Below are positions 11,006-21,504 of a DNA stretch of 64,000 nt, piece after piece (the first letter of the stretch is position 1; the number at the start of each line of letters is the position of its first letter). Made by a program: the position numbers and the translations under genes. The notes under the pieces were generated by a model, which worked only from the letters and a program-made list of their open reading frames with translations, was not told the origin of the DNA and did no database searches. The DNA comes from an uncultured Chthonomonadaceae bacterium (lineage in GTDB: Bacteria; Armatimonadota; Chthonomonadetes; Chthonomonadales; Chthonomonadaceae), in the NCBI GenBank assembly GCA_963817895.1, contig CAWFQB010000010.1, positions 150,877-214,876 of the forward strand, given 5' to 3'.

Positions 11006-11557
11006 TCAAAGCGTTTTTGGCGCGGTGGCGCGCATTTTGGCCTGCCCCACATTGCAGTTCAACACTTCGGCAATCTCCTCGCTGGAAAGCTGCTCGTAAT
11101 ACTTCAATATCAGCGTCATACGCGCATCATCGGGCAGGCGCTGTAGGGTTTCCTGAACCAGCAGGCTTTCGGCGCGGGGCATGCCCTCGGCAGCAGGCAG
11201 TTCGCGCAACGATTCCAGAGAAGCGGAACCCTGCCTGCGCCGCGCCAGGCGCTTTTGGCGTTCCCCGCACTTGCGAACCAGAATCCGGTACGCCCAGGTG
11301 TGGAACGAGGAACCGTGTCGAAAGTGGCGCAGGCCGTGATAAATGTCAAGAAACGCTTCCTGGGTTACATCCTCGGCTTCCCCATCGTCGTTGAGGAACC
11401 GGCGCGCAACGCTCAGAAAACGCCCCTGATATTTGCGGAACAGCGCGGAAAACGCGCCCTCATCCCCCGCAAGGAATTGCGCAATCAGGGTTTGGTCTTC
11501 GCTGTCCGTCGAAACTGCAAACGGTATTGCCGCCTCATTAGTCATGTAGCGCCTCAA
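11006..11557 (-). CDS. ECF sigma-70 factor (probable frameshift at the extreme C-terminus)
   Basis: AEDVTQEAFL, FHTWAYRI, LQRLPDDARMTLILKYYEQLSSEEIAEVL. Confidence 0.9.
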   Translation of the reverse strand: MRRYMTNEAAIPFAVSTDSEDQTLIAQFLAGDEGAFSALFRKYQGRFLSVARRFLNDDGEAEDVTQEAFLDIYHGLRHFRHGSSFHTWAYRILVRKCGERQKRLARRRQGSASLESLRELPAAEGMPRAESLLVQETLQRLPDDARMTLILKYYEQLSSEEIAEVLNCNVGQAKMRATAPKTL

Positions 11558-11669
11558 AAGTAGGTTGTCAGTTGTTGAATTTCTGTCTTCTTCATTCTGT
11601 TAGTGCGCGTGTCGGCATAAAACGTAACGGGGCAGGAAAAATCATTTTGGGTGACGAATACAACGCGCA

Positions 11670-12410
11670 ATGAAAGCATCGGTAAAAAACATACTCGCGC
11701 CCGTGTCGCCCGAAGCAATGGCGCGGGCGGAAGTCAATCATAAGGCGCGGCTGGCGCATACGACTTATGTTGTGGAGCAACTCGAAGGTTTGTACGGCGT
11801 TGCCGAATGGCTGCCCCGGCTTGATCCGTTGGAAGAACTGGTCGCCTGCATTTTGTCGCAGCATACCTCGGATGTCAACTCGTTTCGAGCGTTTGCGCGT
11901 TTGCAAACAAAATATCCCTCCTGGCGAGCGGTGGAAGAAGCGCCGGTTGCGGAACTGGCGGACACAATTCGTTGCGGGGGATTGGCGGACAGCAAAGCGC
12001 CGCGTATTCAGGCCGTGCTGCGGGCAATCGAGGCCAGACACGGCGCGTTGAACCTGACTTTTCTCAACGCGATGCCGGATAGAGAAGCCCGCGCCTACCT
12101 GATGTCCCTGCCCGGCGTTGGCCCCAAAACAGCGGGCATCGTGCTGTGTTTCGCGATGGGCCGGAATGTCCTGCCCGTAGATACCCATGTTTTTCGCGTT
12201 TCGTGGCGATTGGGCTTGATTGAAAAGAGGATCGGTGAAGCGAAGGCGCACGACGCCCTGCAAGCCCAAATACAGCCCAATATGACGTACCGCTTTCATG
12301 TCGCGCTCATCCGGCACGGACGCCAAATCTGCAAAGCGCTTGCGCCCCGCTGTGCCGAGTGTCCATTGACGGATGTGTGTGAGTTTTATAAGGTGACTGG
12401 TGGCTGGTGA
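11670..12410 (+). CDS. nth: Endonuclease III-like HhH-GPD glycosylase with 4Fe-4S cluster
   Basis: LPGVGPKTA, PVDTHVFRV, ICKALAPRCAECPLTDVC. Confidence 0.85.
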   Translation: MKASVKNILAPVSPEAMARAEVNHKARLAHTTYVVEQLEGLYGVAEWLPRLDPLEELVACILSQHTSDVNSFRAFARLQTKYPSWRAVEEAPVAELADTIRCGGLADSKAPRIQAVLRAIEARHGALNLTFLNAMPDREARAYLMSLPGVGPKTAGIVLCFAMGRNVLPVDTHVFRVSWRLGLIEKRIGEAKAHDALQAQIQPNMTYRFHVALIRHGRQICKALAPRCAECPLTDVCEFYKVTGGW

Positions 12411-12514
12411 TTGGTGGTTGGTTGTCCTGTGTGAACATTTTGCATTGTCAGCAGGGTTTAATCAGGAAACCGCCATACTGTTAATTTAGCCCTCAACCAC
12501 CAATCACCAACCAC
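12393..12514. repeat. Inverted pair of heptamer-type repeats
   Basis: GTGGCTGGTGATTGGTGGTTG (12400-12420) versus CAACCACCAATCACCAACCAC (12494-12514). Confidence 0.85.
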
Positions 12515-12526
12515 TACGGAGTATTT

Positions 12527-14167
12527 ATGCTGCACGACATTATAACAGAGGGCGCGCGGACGCGCCCGCAGGATGTGGCGTTGATTTTTCGGGATCATCC
12601 GCAGACGTTTGCGGAACTGGCCGCAATGGTAAACCGCCTGAGCGCGGGATTGTTGGCGCTTGGCATTAGCCGGGCGATAAAATCAGCCTGCTGCTGCCCA
12701 ATTGCCCGCCGTTTGTGTGGGCGTATTATGCCGCGTCGCAAATTGGCGTGGTTGTCGTCCCCGTCAATCCCCTCCTCAAACCCGCAGAACTGGAATACAT
12801 CTGGCGGGACGCGGACATTAAACTTGTAATGACGGCGGGACCGCTGCTGCCATCCGTACAGGCCGCCCGCGCCAACCTTCCCAATCTCCTTCATGTTATC
12901 AGTATCACGCCCCGCGAAGAACTCCCCGACCCCGCGCTTGCCGCCATACCGGGACTGTCTTTTCTGGCAGATGCGCTGGCTACGGGGGAAGAAAAAGGAG
13001 AAAAGGAGAAAAGGAGAAGAGGAGAAGATACGAGATACGAGATACGAGATACGAGAAGGAAAGAATTCATCCCTCATCCCTCATCCCTCATCCCTCGAAT
13101 GTGCCGTCATCATCTACACCTCCGGCACAACGGGGCATCCGAAGGGCGCGATGCTGTCGCATCAAAATTTGACGCGCAATGTGGAGCAGGTACAGGCGCG
13201 ATTGCAATTTCTGCCCCATGACCGGTTTGTCACCGTGCTGCCGCTGTTTCATGCCTTTGCCGCGACTGTTTGCATGAATATGTGTCTTGCGGCGGGCTGC
13301 GCATCTATCCTGTTGGAAAACTTCGCGCCGGTTCGGACGCTGGAAACCATTGCCCGCCATAAGGCCACTATTTTCCCCGCCGTACCCGCTATTTTCAACG
13401 CTATGCTGAATGTGCCTGCCGACCAATCTCCCGACACATCGAGCCTGCGCGTACTGGTATCAGGTGGCGCTCCCTTACCTGCGCCCACGCTTGCCGCATT
13501 GGAAGCGCGATTTGCCGTTCCGGTTCTGGAAGGGGATGGCCCCACAGAGTGCAGCCCGGTCACGTCCGTCAATCCGCTGGACGGCCCGCGCAAAATCGGC
13601 AGCGTCGGCCCCGCGCTTCCCGGCGTTTCCATCGCCATTTTCGATGAACAGGATCAGCCGTTACCGATAGATACGATTGGCGAAATTGTGGTACGCGGCG
13701 ACAACGTGATGCTCGGCTACCTGAATCAGCCGGAAGCGACGCGCGAAGCCATGAGCGGGGGATGGTATCACACGGGCGATCTTGGCACGATAGACGCGGA
13801 CGGCTACGTGTTCATCGTGGATCGCAAAAAAGACATGATTATTACGGCGGGGTTGAACGTGTATCCCCGTGAAGTGGAGGATGTCTTACTGTCGCGCGCC
13901 GACGTGGCGGATGTGGCCGTTATCGGGATGCCGGACGCGCTGCGGGGTGAAGACGTGCTGGCGGTAGTCGTTCTCCGCCCTGATGTCACGCCAATGCCAA
14001 CCGAGCGCGACCTGATTCGCTTTTGCCGCGAACGATTGGCAAACTACAAAGTTCCGCGCCAAATTCTGTTCCGCGAAACTCTGCCGCGCGGCGGAACCGG
14101 CAAAGTGGTCAAGCGCCTGCTCAAAAAGGAACTGGAATTGGAAACCAGCCCGGTATCTGTCACGTAA
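12527..14167 (+). CDS. Long-chain fatty acid--CoA ligase (two frameshifts; internal repeat insertion)
   Basis: YTSGTTGHPKG, GWYHTGDLG, DRKKDMIITAGLNVYPREVE; frames switch near 12672 and within 12990-13100. Confidence 0.85.
12991..13096 (+). repeat. Composite tandem-repeat insertion inside the ligase
   Basis: (AAAGGAGA)n, (GATACGA)x4, (TCATCCC)x4. Confidence 0.9.
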
Positions 14168-14225
14168 CCTACATGACTGGCATGGCTTGCCACTGATCTA
14201 CTGTGTTTCATTCTGGAGGGTTCTT

Positions 14226-14444
14226 ATGAGTGACATACTAACTCAACCTACATTGCAAAATGAAGACGAAGAAGTTGACTCGCGCCAGTTGTTCATTGAA
14301 ATGCAGTGTCTCAACGACTTGATGCGCCAGGATCAAGTAGATATTGACCGCCTCAAAATCGAAACCAATGTCTTGAAAGCCGAAACACTGCGCCTTAAAA
14401 CCGAATCGCGCGCGCTTCTTGTAAAATTGGGAGCCGTGATATAG
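14226..14444 (+). CDS. Small coiled-coil hypothetical protein
   Basis: GGAGG RBS before ATG 14226; heptad pattern IDRLKIETNVLKAETLRLK. Confidence 0.65.
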   Translation: MSDILTQPTLQNEDEEVDSRQLFIEMQCLNDLMRQDQVDIDRLKIETNVLKAETLRLKTESRALLVKLGAVI

Positions 14445-14447
14445 ATC

Positions 14448-14739
14448 ATGCTCAAAAGACTTTGTAAGTTTCGGCAAGCAACTCTTTGCAGTAACCCGCG
14501 ATGTGCAGCAAAACAAGGCCGACATTAAGGAAGCGCGCGAGGATATGAAGGAACTGCGGCAGGAGATCAACCAACTGCGGCAGGAATTTACCGCGCTTGC
14601 GCGTGTCGTTGAGCGTATGTCCTACGAGATGCAACGGCAACATGAAAACGCGGCGCAGGAACACAAAATACAGCAACTGGAAATTGCGCGGTTCGAGCGG
14701 CGGCTGTCACCTGGCGTTCCGCCGGAGGAAACAGAGTAA
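14448..14739 (+). CDS. Small coiled-coil hypothetical protein (frameshift in AAAA near 14455)
   Basis: Removing one A gives MLKDFVSFGKQLFAVTRDVQQNKADIKEARE... continuous with ORF 14503-14739. Confidence 0.6.
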
Positions 14740-14771
14740 CTAAACTGTGGCCTCGTTTGCAATATGAAAAC

Positions 14772-14826
14772 CTTAGCAGAGATTTAACCTCCGCTTAATG
14801 CTCGCTTAACATCGGTGGTTTAGAAT
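14772..14826 (+). promoter_or_regulatory. Four 11-bp-spaced YTTAAYNN-like repeats (Pho-box/OmpR-family-like) followed by a -10 element
   Basis: CTTAGCAG 14772, TTTAACCT 14783, CTTAATGC 14794, CTTAACAT 14805; TAGAAT 14821-14826. Confidence 0.65.
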
Positions 14827-14831
14827 GTAGA

Positions 14832-14934
14832 CGCGCTCACTCTCCGAGCGACGATCACCCTTCTTTTCTCGGGCGCGACAGTATGCCGTCGCGCCTTGAA
14901 CCGGACGCCCGCAAAGTGTCCGGTATTTTTATTT
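14832..14934 (+). ncRNA. Candidate small RNA
   Basis: Three hairpins (CGCTC/GAGCG; GGCGCGAC/GTCGCGCC; ACCGGAC/GTCCGGT plus T-run), CU-rich linker, no plausible ORF. Confidence 0.5.
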
Positions 14935-14961
14935 GTGGGTGGAAATGGAAGAAATATAAAC

Positions 14962-15001
14962 AACCCCTCTCCTGGCGCGTTGCGCGACTAGGAGAGGGGT
15001 T
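14962..15001 (-). terminator. Terminator hairpin for the minus-strand genes
   Basis: AACCCCTCTCCT...AGGAGAGGGGTT about 20 nt past the stop at 15023. Confidence 0.7.
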
Positions 15002-15022
15002 GGGGTGAGGTGAACTGGAATG

Positions 15023-15232
15023 CTACTGTTTGCCGCCCCCTGAAATGCCTGGCGGCAGGTGTTCGGTATACTTCGGGTCGTTGGGGTTGCTGGGCTTGAC
15101 GATAACCGCTTTGCCTTCGCTGCCGCCATCATTCCCGCTTCCCCGAAACACTTTGATTCCGATGAACGCGACGATGAGAACAGCCACGACTGCCACCGCG
15201 ATTCCCACTGCCGGATTGACTTTTTGACTCAT
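15023..15232 (-). CDS. Small single-TM protein, partner of the prepilin-like gene
   Basis: MSQKVNPAVGIAVAVVAVLIVAFIGIKVF then Gly/Pro-rich tail. Confidence 0.7.
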   Translation of the reverse strand: MSQKVNPAVGIAVAVVAVLIVAFIGIKVFRGSGNDGGSEGKAVIVKPSNPNDPKYTEHLPPGISGGGKQ

Positions 15233-15361
15233 AAGCCACAACTCTCTTTCGTTGAACCAAGACTGTTGCACACTGTAGCGAAGTGAACTACGTCCCCTTC
15301 TCCCAGGCTTTTTGGGAGAAGGGGTATGTCCACAAGTGGACGCCCGGGTTGAGGGACGGGC

Positions 15362-16138
15362 TTACGGATCGGGAATGCAGGTGTCGGATATATTGAATTT
15401 GTAGTGCGCGTCGTTGACATCCATCCAGGGGTTCAGATACAGGGAAGGGTCCTTGCAGTTGATGACCGCATCGGGATGCCACAGCACGGACGTACCCTTG
15501 GCCCATTTGGCGTGTCCGTCGAAAAAGGTCAGGTTGGTTCCATCCGTATGCCGCGCGCCGATGCTGCCCGCGCTGGAAGAGTTGTAGGGGATGTTCAAGG
15601 CTGTGTTCCCGAACAGGTAGCCGCGATAGCCGTCCACAAGCGGACCAGGAACCGAGTCCGCGAACATCACGTTCTTAGCGGGATACTGGATGGTCGGCAG
15701 GGAGGGCAAAATCATCTGACCACAAGCGTCCGTGACATAGTACCAGCCGCTGATGGTCTGATTGTAGCCGGAGGATACTGCGCTGCGGGTATTCCAGGTA
15801 TCTCCGTACTTGGACATGGTGGAGGAGGGGCAGACGAAAATCTGTGTGTTTTTGATGTACGGCTGAATGGTGGCCGTCCACAGCAGATGGTCGTCGGGAG
15901 TGGCGGCCGGCCCGGTGCTGGGGCAAGCCTGATAGCGCGGCAGCACCATCTCGTCATAATCCTGAAGGTACATGGTGAAAGCGACGCCCAACTGTTTGAA
16001 GTTGGACAGGCAACTCGTGGCACGCGCCTTTTCGCGCGCCTGCGCAAAGACGGGGAACAGAATGGCCGCCAGAATTGCGATGATAGCAATAACTACCAAC
16101 AACTCGATAAGCGTAAATCCCTTGCGAACCTGGCTCAT
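15362..16138 (-). CDS. Prepilin-type N-terminal cleavage/methylation protein with H-X9-DG C-terminus (DUF1559-like)
   Basis: [57 protein letters not shown]. Confidence 0.92.
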   Translation of the reverse strand: MSQVRKGFTLIELLVVIAIIAILAAILFPVFAQAREKARATSCLSNFKQLGVAFTMYLQDYDEMVLPRYQACPSTGPAATPDDHLLWTATIQPYIKNTQIFVCPSSTMSKYGDTWNTRSAVSSGYNQTISGWYYVTDACGQMILPSLPTIQYPAKNVMFADSVPGPLVDGYRGYLFGNTALNIPYNSSSAGSIGARHTDGTNLTFFDGHAKWAKGTSVLWHPDAVINCKDPSLYLNPWMDVNDAHYKFNISDTCIPDP

Positions 16139-16483
16139 GAGAAACCCTCCCATCGAAAATAGAAGAAAACTGCAACAGGAAAAGAGATAGAGAAAAACGA
16201 ACAGTGACCAAACACAAAAAACGCCATGTCGCTATCCTGCAAGACGAGGCTTTTCCACAGGGAAGAAGACTCGGAACTCTGCATGGATGCGCAAGGCGTC
16301 ATTGACTTTTCTGTACCGACACCATCGCCGGATACAGAAACAACTGAGATATATGGCTAGTATACTTGCCGGTAACTGGTTTGTCAACCCGAAAACAGTG
16401 TTTTTAGAAAAAGTTATCACATTTTTTCTGTAGGCCGAACTAAAACGGCATTTTGCGCGTCGTTTCGCGCCATAATCCTTCTC

Positions 16484-17793
16484 ATGAAATATCTCACGCA
16501 AATCCTTGATAAGCGGGTTCTTGACCCGGATGGCGTTCTAATCGGGAAAGTGGTGGATACCATTGCCGATCTGGAGGGCAGATTGCCCGCTGTCCGCGCC
16601 ATTCTGGTGCGGACAGCGCAGGGCGAAGTGTGCCTGCCTTTTGACGCGCTGGAATTCGACGCCGACCCGCGCGGACCGGAAGGCAGCGGCCACATTCGGG
16701 GCGACATTCGCCTGCGCTCGTCGCTTGCCGGACTGACGCACTGCCTTCCACAGGACGCGGATTTGCGCCTGCGCCGCGACATTCTGGACAAGCAGATCGT
16801 GGACGTGCAGGACTACCGCGTGGTTCGCGTCAACGATGTGCGGCTTGCCGAAGTGGGCAATAGATACTGCGTGGTGGGCGTGGATGCCAGTTTGCGCGCC
16901 ATGCTGCGCCGCTTCGATCCCTTCCACAAGCCGGTCGAGGCTCTTGCCCGCTTGTTCCGTCACCCGCTCCGCTCTAATCTTATCGCGTGGGATGATGTCA
17001 ACGCGCTGGAACCCAATACGGTGGGCGGACGCATCCGCCTGAAAGTGTCACACGACAAAATAGCCCGCCTGCATCCCGCCGACATTGCCGACATTGTGGA
17101 ACAACTCAGCCCGCAGCACGCGCAGGAGGTAATCTCCGCGCTGGATACCGATGTGGCTGCGGAAACAATGGCGGAAATGGAGTCGGAAACGCAGGTGCAG
17201 ATTATGACGCACCTGCCTGACGAAACCGCGACGGACATTCTGGAAGAGATGGAACCCGACGAGGCCGCCGACCTGCTCGATGACCTGCCCGACGCCCGTT
17301 CCAACAGCCTGCTTGGACAGATGGAACCCGAAGAGGCCCAGGATGTTCGGGAACTGATGAGCTACGACGCGGACACGGCGGGCGGGCTAATGACAACGGA
17401 ACTCGTTGCTCTTCATGCTAATTTGACCTGCGAACAGACCCTTGCCCGCCTGCGCGAACTGGCCCCCAAAGCCGAAACCATCTATTACGTGTATGTCACA
17501 GTGAAGAGGATCGCCTTGTCGGTGTCCTGTCTCTGCGCGACCTTGTTGTTTCCCCCCCGGCAACCTACATCCGCGACATCATGGTACACAATGTCATTCA
17601 TGTGTATGTGGACGACCATGCCGATCAGGTAGCGCAAATCATCGGGCGCTACAACCTGCTCGCCGTTCCTGTCGTCAGCGAAGACGAGCGCCTGCTCGGT
17701 ATCATCACCGTTGACGACACTCTCGAACGTCTCCTGCCCCCCGAACGCCGCCGCCGCCTGCCGATGCCCGCGCTCGAAAAGGATGAAGGATGA
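16484..17793 (+). CDS. MgtE intracellular-type protein (PRC barrel, MgtE_N, CBS pair); frameshift near 17500
   Basis: LHPADIADIVEQL, EMEPDEAADLL, DTAGGLMTTE, RYNLLAVPVV...GIITVDD; no membrane domain. Confidence 0.85.
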
Positions 17794-18079
17794 AGGATGA
17801 ATAATAGTGTTCTGCTCTCATCCTTAGTGTGAGTACCCACGCAAAATTGCGAGAGATCGCATTGTAAAAGTGATAATGTTAAATTTTGCAAATAATATAT
17901 TTTATAAATTCTTGAAACAGCCTCTGCTTTGCGCATGTTGGCATGATTTATGCAATATAACCCTTAACAGGCGCATTGTTCATGAGAACAAATCCCTGCT
18001 GCCCGCTTCCCCGCTGAAGTCGCTCTCCTGCCCATAGTCGTCTGCTCACCATTCTCTCCTTCTCATCGGAGGCTCTGCT

Positions 18080-19360
18080 ATGTTCCTCTTCCGTCGAACG
18101 CATCTCTCCTGGGCAACGCTGGCTTTTTTTACCCTGCTGCCCGCTCTGCGCGCTGAAGCGCAAACGAATGTTTTCGTGGACTTTACCAATTTTGGAACCC
18201 GCTTGAACGAATCGGCGGCGGCGGCTCAGGCGCGGGACGCCATGAACGCTACTGTATTTGCCGACGCCAACTTCACCAACGCGGAAGTGACTGCCATTCA
18301 GAACAGTATTCTGGCCCAAATCCCGACCATCTACAAAGGTTTCACTGTCAACTTTGTCACGACAGCGCCGGCTATGGGCAATTACGAGCGATTAACCTTC
18401 GGCCAAACGACAGCCACCACCCTTTATGGCCTGGCCGACAAATTGGACTATCGCAATCAAAGCGCGAACGATACCGCCCGCGTCTTCTCGGCCAACTTCA
18501 GCGATTTCATTGACAGCAATGATCGCCCGACCGTGCTTTCTCACATCGCGACCAGCCTGTCTGGAACGGGCGCGCACGAACTTGGGCATGATCTGGGTTT
18601 GCAGCATTACGACAACTATGGCGACCCACGCATCACCCCTGCCAGCTATAAGGATACGGGCGGCGTCCAGAATACGCACATCATGGCGACGGGCGGCATC
18701 AATGATGATGGCAGCCCCAATCTCTCCGGCATCACCACCGCGCAGCGGGAACAGCCGCGTACCTTCTCGCAGTTGGAAACGGGCAAACTGGAGTTCGGCA
18801 CGGGCCTGCGCGCCTCCATTCCCATGAGCATTACGGAACAGGCCGCCGCGCATGCCACCACTGCCACCGCGCAGGCGCTGACATTTACCAACCTGCCCCT
18901 GTCGGGACTGAACGCCGCCAACATCATCGGGGGCATCGGCACAGTGGGTGAAACGGACTTCTACTAGTTTACCGGGGCTTTCGGGGCGGAGTTCACCGCC
19001 GATACCTTCACCACGTCTCTGACAATTGACGGCACAGGCGGGGCAACAGGGCGCGGTTCCAATCTGGATACCCTGCTGACGCTGTACGCGGCGGATGGAA
19101 CGACGGTTCTGGCAACTAATGATGACATAACCTTCATCGGCGATACCATTTTCAACGGCGGCGCGTACAGCCGGGAGTTGTTGATTCTCAACTATATCCT
19201 GCCTGCCACCTCGACCTATTACCTGCGTGTCACAGGCGCCGGCGCCGGCAATTATGAACTGTTTGTCGCCGTGCCTGAACCGGGCAGTATCACCCTGTTC
19301 GCAGGCGTAGTGGTCACGTTTAGCGGCGTATGCCTTCGTCGTCGGACTCGAAACGTGTGA
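18080..19360 (+). CDS. PEP-CTERM-sorted zinc metalloprotease with PPC-like domain; in-frame TAG at 18965-18967
   Basis: Signal peptide, HELGHDLGLQH (HExxHxxGxxH), Met-turn HIMA; same frame continues to VPEPGSITLFAG...LRRRTR. Confidence 0.85.
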
Positions 19361-19606
19361 CATTGTTATCTTCCCCGCGCTTGCCAAACGTCCTACTCCC
19401 TATTTGAGGAGTGGGGCGTTTTATCATCCGGTTCACTGCAAGAATTCATCCTTCATCCTTCATCCCTCACCCTTTGCTTTTCTCCCCTCAACTTGTCTGC
19501 TGCTTTCGCCGATAATCCCCTGTCAGCAGTTCATGCGCGGGGCGTACCCTGCCTTAATGAACCCGATTTGTCTTAAATTAGAAAATATGGCAGGAGAGTT
19601 ACACGT

Positions 19607-20368
19607 ATGAATTGGGAAGAAGACCCGCATGGACACGCCAATGATTTCGATAACCAGCGCGCGCCGTTTGCGCCAATTCCCGCGCCCCTCTCGTTTGCAG
19701 GAGGCAGTTGGGAAAATATTGCTGCGGACAGTATGGAAGATAAATTCGCGCGGCGTTTAGATTATCTGCTGCCGATAGATGGGGAAACCGGCGTCGCCAC
19801 ACATGAAGCGGTGTGTACCTATTTAGATACGATGATTGAAATGGTGTCCCGGCACGGCCTGCCCCTCTCCGTGTTGAGCATTGCGGTAGACGATTCGCCC
19901 GTGCTGCGGTTTTTGGGCATGGAGGGCGCGGCCCTGGTCGGCAGGGGCGTGGCGCGGTGTCTGCGGCAGGAGACGCGCACCCATGATGTGGTGGGACACG
20001 CGGACCCTGAAATCTCGCCCGACGCTTTCACCTTTATCATCATCTGTCCGCTTCTGCCGGAACATCAGGCGACCAGCCTGGCGGAGCGGCTGCGCGCGGC
20101 CATGACCGCCACATTAGGCGAACAGCAAAGCCCCTGGCTGAATCTCAGCGTGGGTGTCGCGCCCATGTCCCTGGATGTCACCGACTCGAAACTGCTGATT
20201 GCGCGGAGCATGGACGCGCTGCGGCGGGCGCGGCGGGGCGGCGGCTGCAAAGTGTGGCGGCATACGGACACCCTGCGCCGAATTATTGACCAGGCGCATG
20301 AACACTTTGACGATGCCGAAATCGCCGAACAGCACCGGGACAACAATGAAAATGAAGCGGACGCCTGA
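19607..20368 (+). CDS. Degenerate GGDEF-like domain protein
   Basis: LPLSVLSIAVDD, LRQETRTHDVVG, LAERLR, LSVGVA, ALRRARRGG; GG(D/E)EF motif absent. Confidence 0.7.
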   Translation: MNWEEDPHGHANDFDNQRAPFAPIPAPLSFAGGSWENIAADSMEDKFARRLDYLLPIDGETGVATHEAVCTYLDTMIEMVSRHGLPLSVLSIAVDDSPVLRFLGMEGAALVGRGVARCLRQETRTHDVVGHADPEISPDAFTFIIICPLLPEHQATSLAERLRAAMTATLGEQQSPWLNLSVGVAPMSLDVTDSKLLIARSMDALRRARRGGGCKVWRHTDTLRRIIDQAHEHFDDAEIAEQHRDNNENEADA

Positions 20369-20389
20369 ACCGCGTTCCAATCGAACCGC

Positions 20390-21499
20390 TTGAATCACGC
20401 TGTTCAATCGGGGCTGCCTGCAAACGCAGCCGGGGAGTCATGCGTTATGTTTCAGCCCAGAGCGCGCCGTGCTGTATCGCAGGAATCTTGCGACTCTTGC
20501 GAGGCGGGGCGTATTCAGATTCTGGTCGTAGATGATGATGATCTCGTCCGCGATACTTTTGCCGTGATGCTGGAATCGGACGGTTACGACGTATGCTGCG
20601 CCGGGGGAGGCGCGGAAGCGCTGGCGCTGCTGAAGCGAACGGCTTTTGACATCATGCTGTGCGACATTTTCATGCCGGGGCAGAACGGGCTGGAACTGCT
20701 GCCGCTTGTGCAGGCCGCCTACCCGGAAATGCCGGTTGTGCTGATTACGGGCTACGGCAATGTGGACATGGCGCGAACCGCGCTGCATCAGGGCGCGAGC
20801 GATTTCATCACCAAACCCCTGCAGCCGGGTGAACTGCCCATCATCATCGAGCGCAACCTGACGCGGCAGGCCGTGCAGCGCAAAAACGCGCAGCAGTACC
20901 GGCAGGCGTTGATTACCTCCAGCGAGACGGTTCTGGACGCCCTGATGACCGCGCTGAATACGCGCGATACGGAAACGCAGGGCCACTCGGAGCGTGTCAC
21001 GGCCTATACCATCGAAATCGCCGACCGGATGCAGCTAAACGAGGCCGACCTGACCCACATCGAGCGGGGCGCGCTGCTGCACGACATCGGCAAAATCGGC
21101 GTTCCCGACAGCATCCTGCTCAAACCCGGCAAACTGACGCCGGAAGAGTGGGTGGAGATGCGCAAGCACCCGGTTATCGGCTACGAAATGTGCGCTAAAA
21201 TTGACATGCTGAAGGACACCGCGAGTATCGTCCTGCATCACCATGAGGCGTGGGACGGCAGCGGCTATCCGCATGGCTTGAAGGGCAACGCCATTCCGCT
21301 CGGTTCGCGCATTTTTGCTGTTGCCGATACGCTGGATGCCATGACCAGCGACCGCCCCTATCGTCCGGCCCTGCCGTTTGCCACCGCCCGAACGGAAATC
21401 GAAAAGTTCAGCGGGAGGCAGTTCGACCCTCAAATTGTCGAGGTTTTCCTGAGCGTGTCCGAACCCCGCTGGCAGCGCGTTCTTGCGCAGGCCGCGTAG
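20390..21499 (+). CDS. Response regulator with HD-GYP phosphodiesterase domain
   Basis: ILVVDDD, CDIFMPG, DFITKP; GHSERV, LHDIGK, HHEAWDGSGYP; start uncertain. Confidence 0.92.
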   Translation: MNHAVQSGLPANAAGESCVMFQPRARRAVSQESCDSCEAGRIQILVVDDDDLVRDTFAVMLESDGYDVCCAGGGAEALALLKRTAFDIMLCDIFMPGQNGLELLPLVQAAYPEMPVVLITGYGNVDMARTALHQGASDFITKPLQPGELPIIIERNLTRQAVQRKNAQQYRQALITSSETVLDALMTALNTRDTETQGHSERVTAYTIEIADRMQLNEADLTHIERGALLHDIGKIGVPDSILLKPGKLTPEEWVEMRKHPVIGYEMCAKIDMLKDTASIVLHHHEAWDGSGYPHGLKGNAIPLGSRIFAVADTLDAMTSDRPYRPALPFATARTEIEKFSGRQFDPQIVEVFLSVSEPRWQRVLAQAA

Positions 21500-21504
21500 A
21501 ATAA

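Noticed and set aside
17830..17960. AT-rich tract with TGCGA-N4-TCGCA as a CRP site or origin
   Set aside because: Spacing does not fit CRP (N6) and no DnaA-box cluster was seen; likely just a promoter region
18965..18967. Genome-wide amber recoding or pyrrolysine
   Set aside because: TAG ends fabG, yceD, the aldolase and the HD-GYP gene at their expected C-termini; no pyl genes seen
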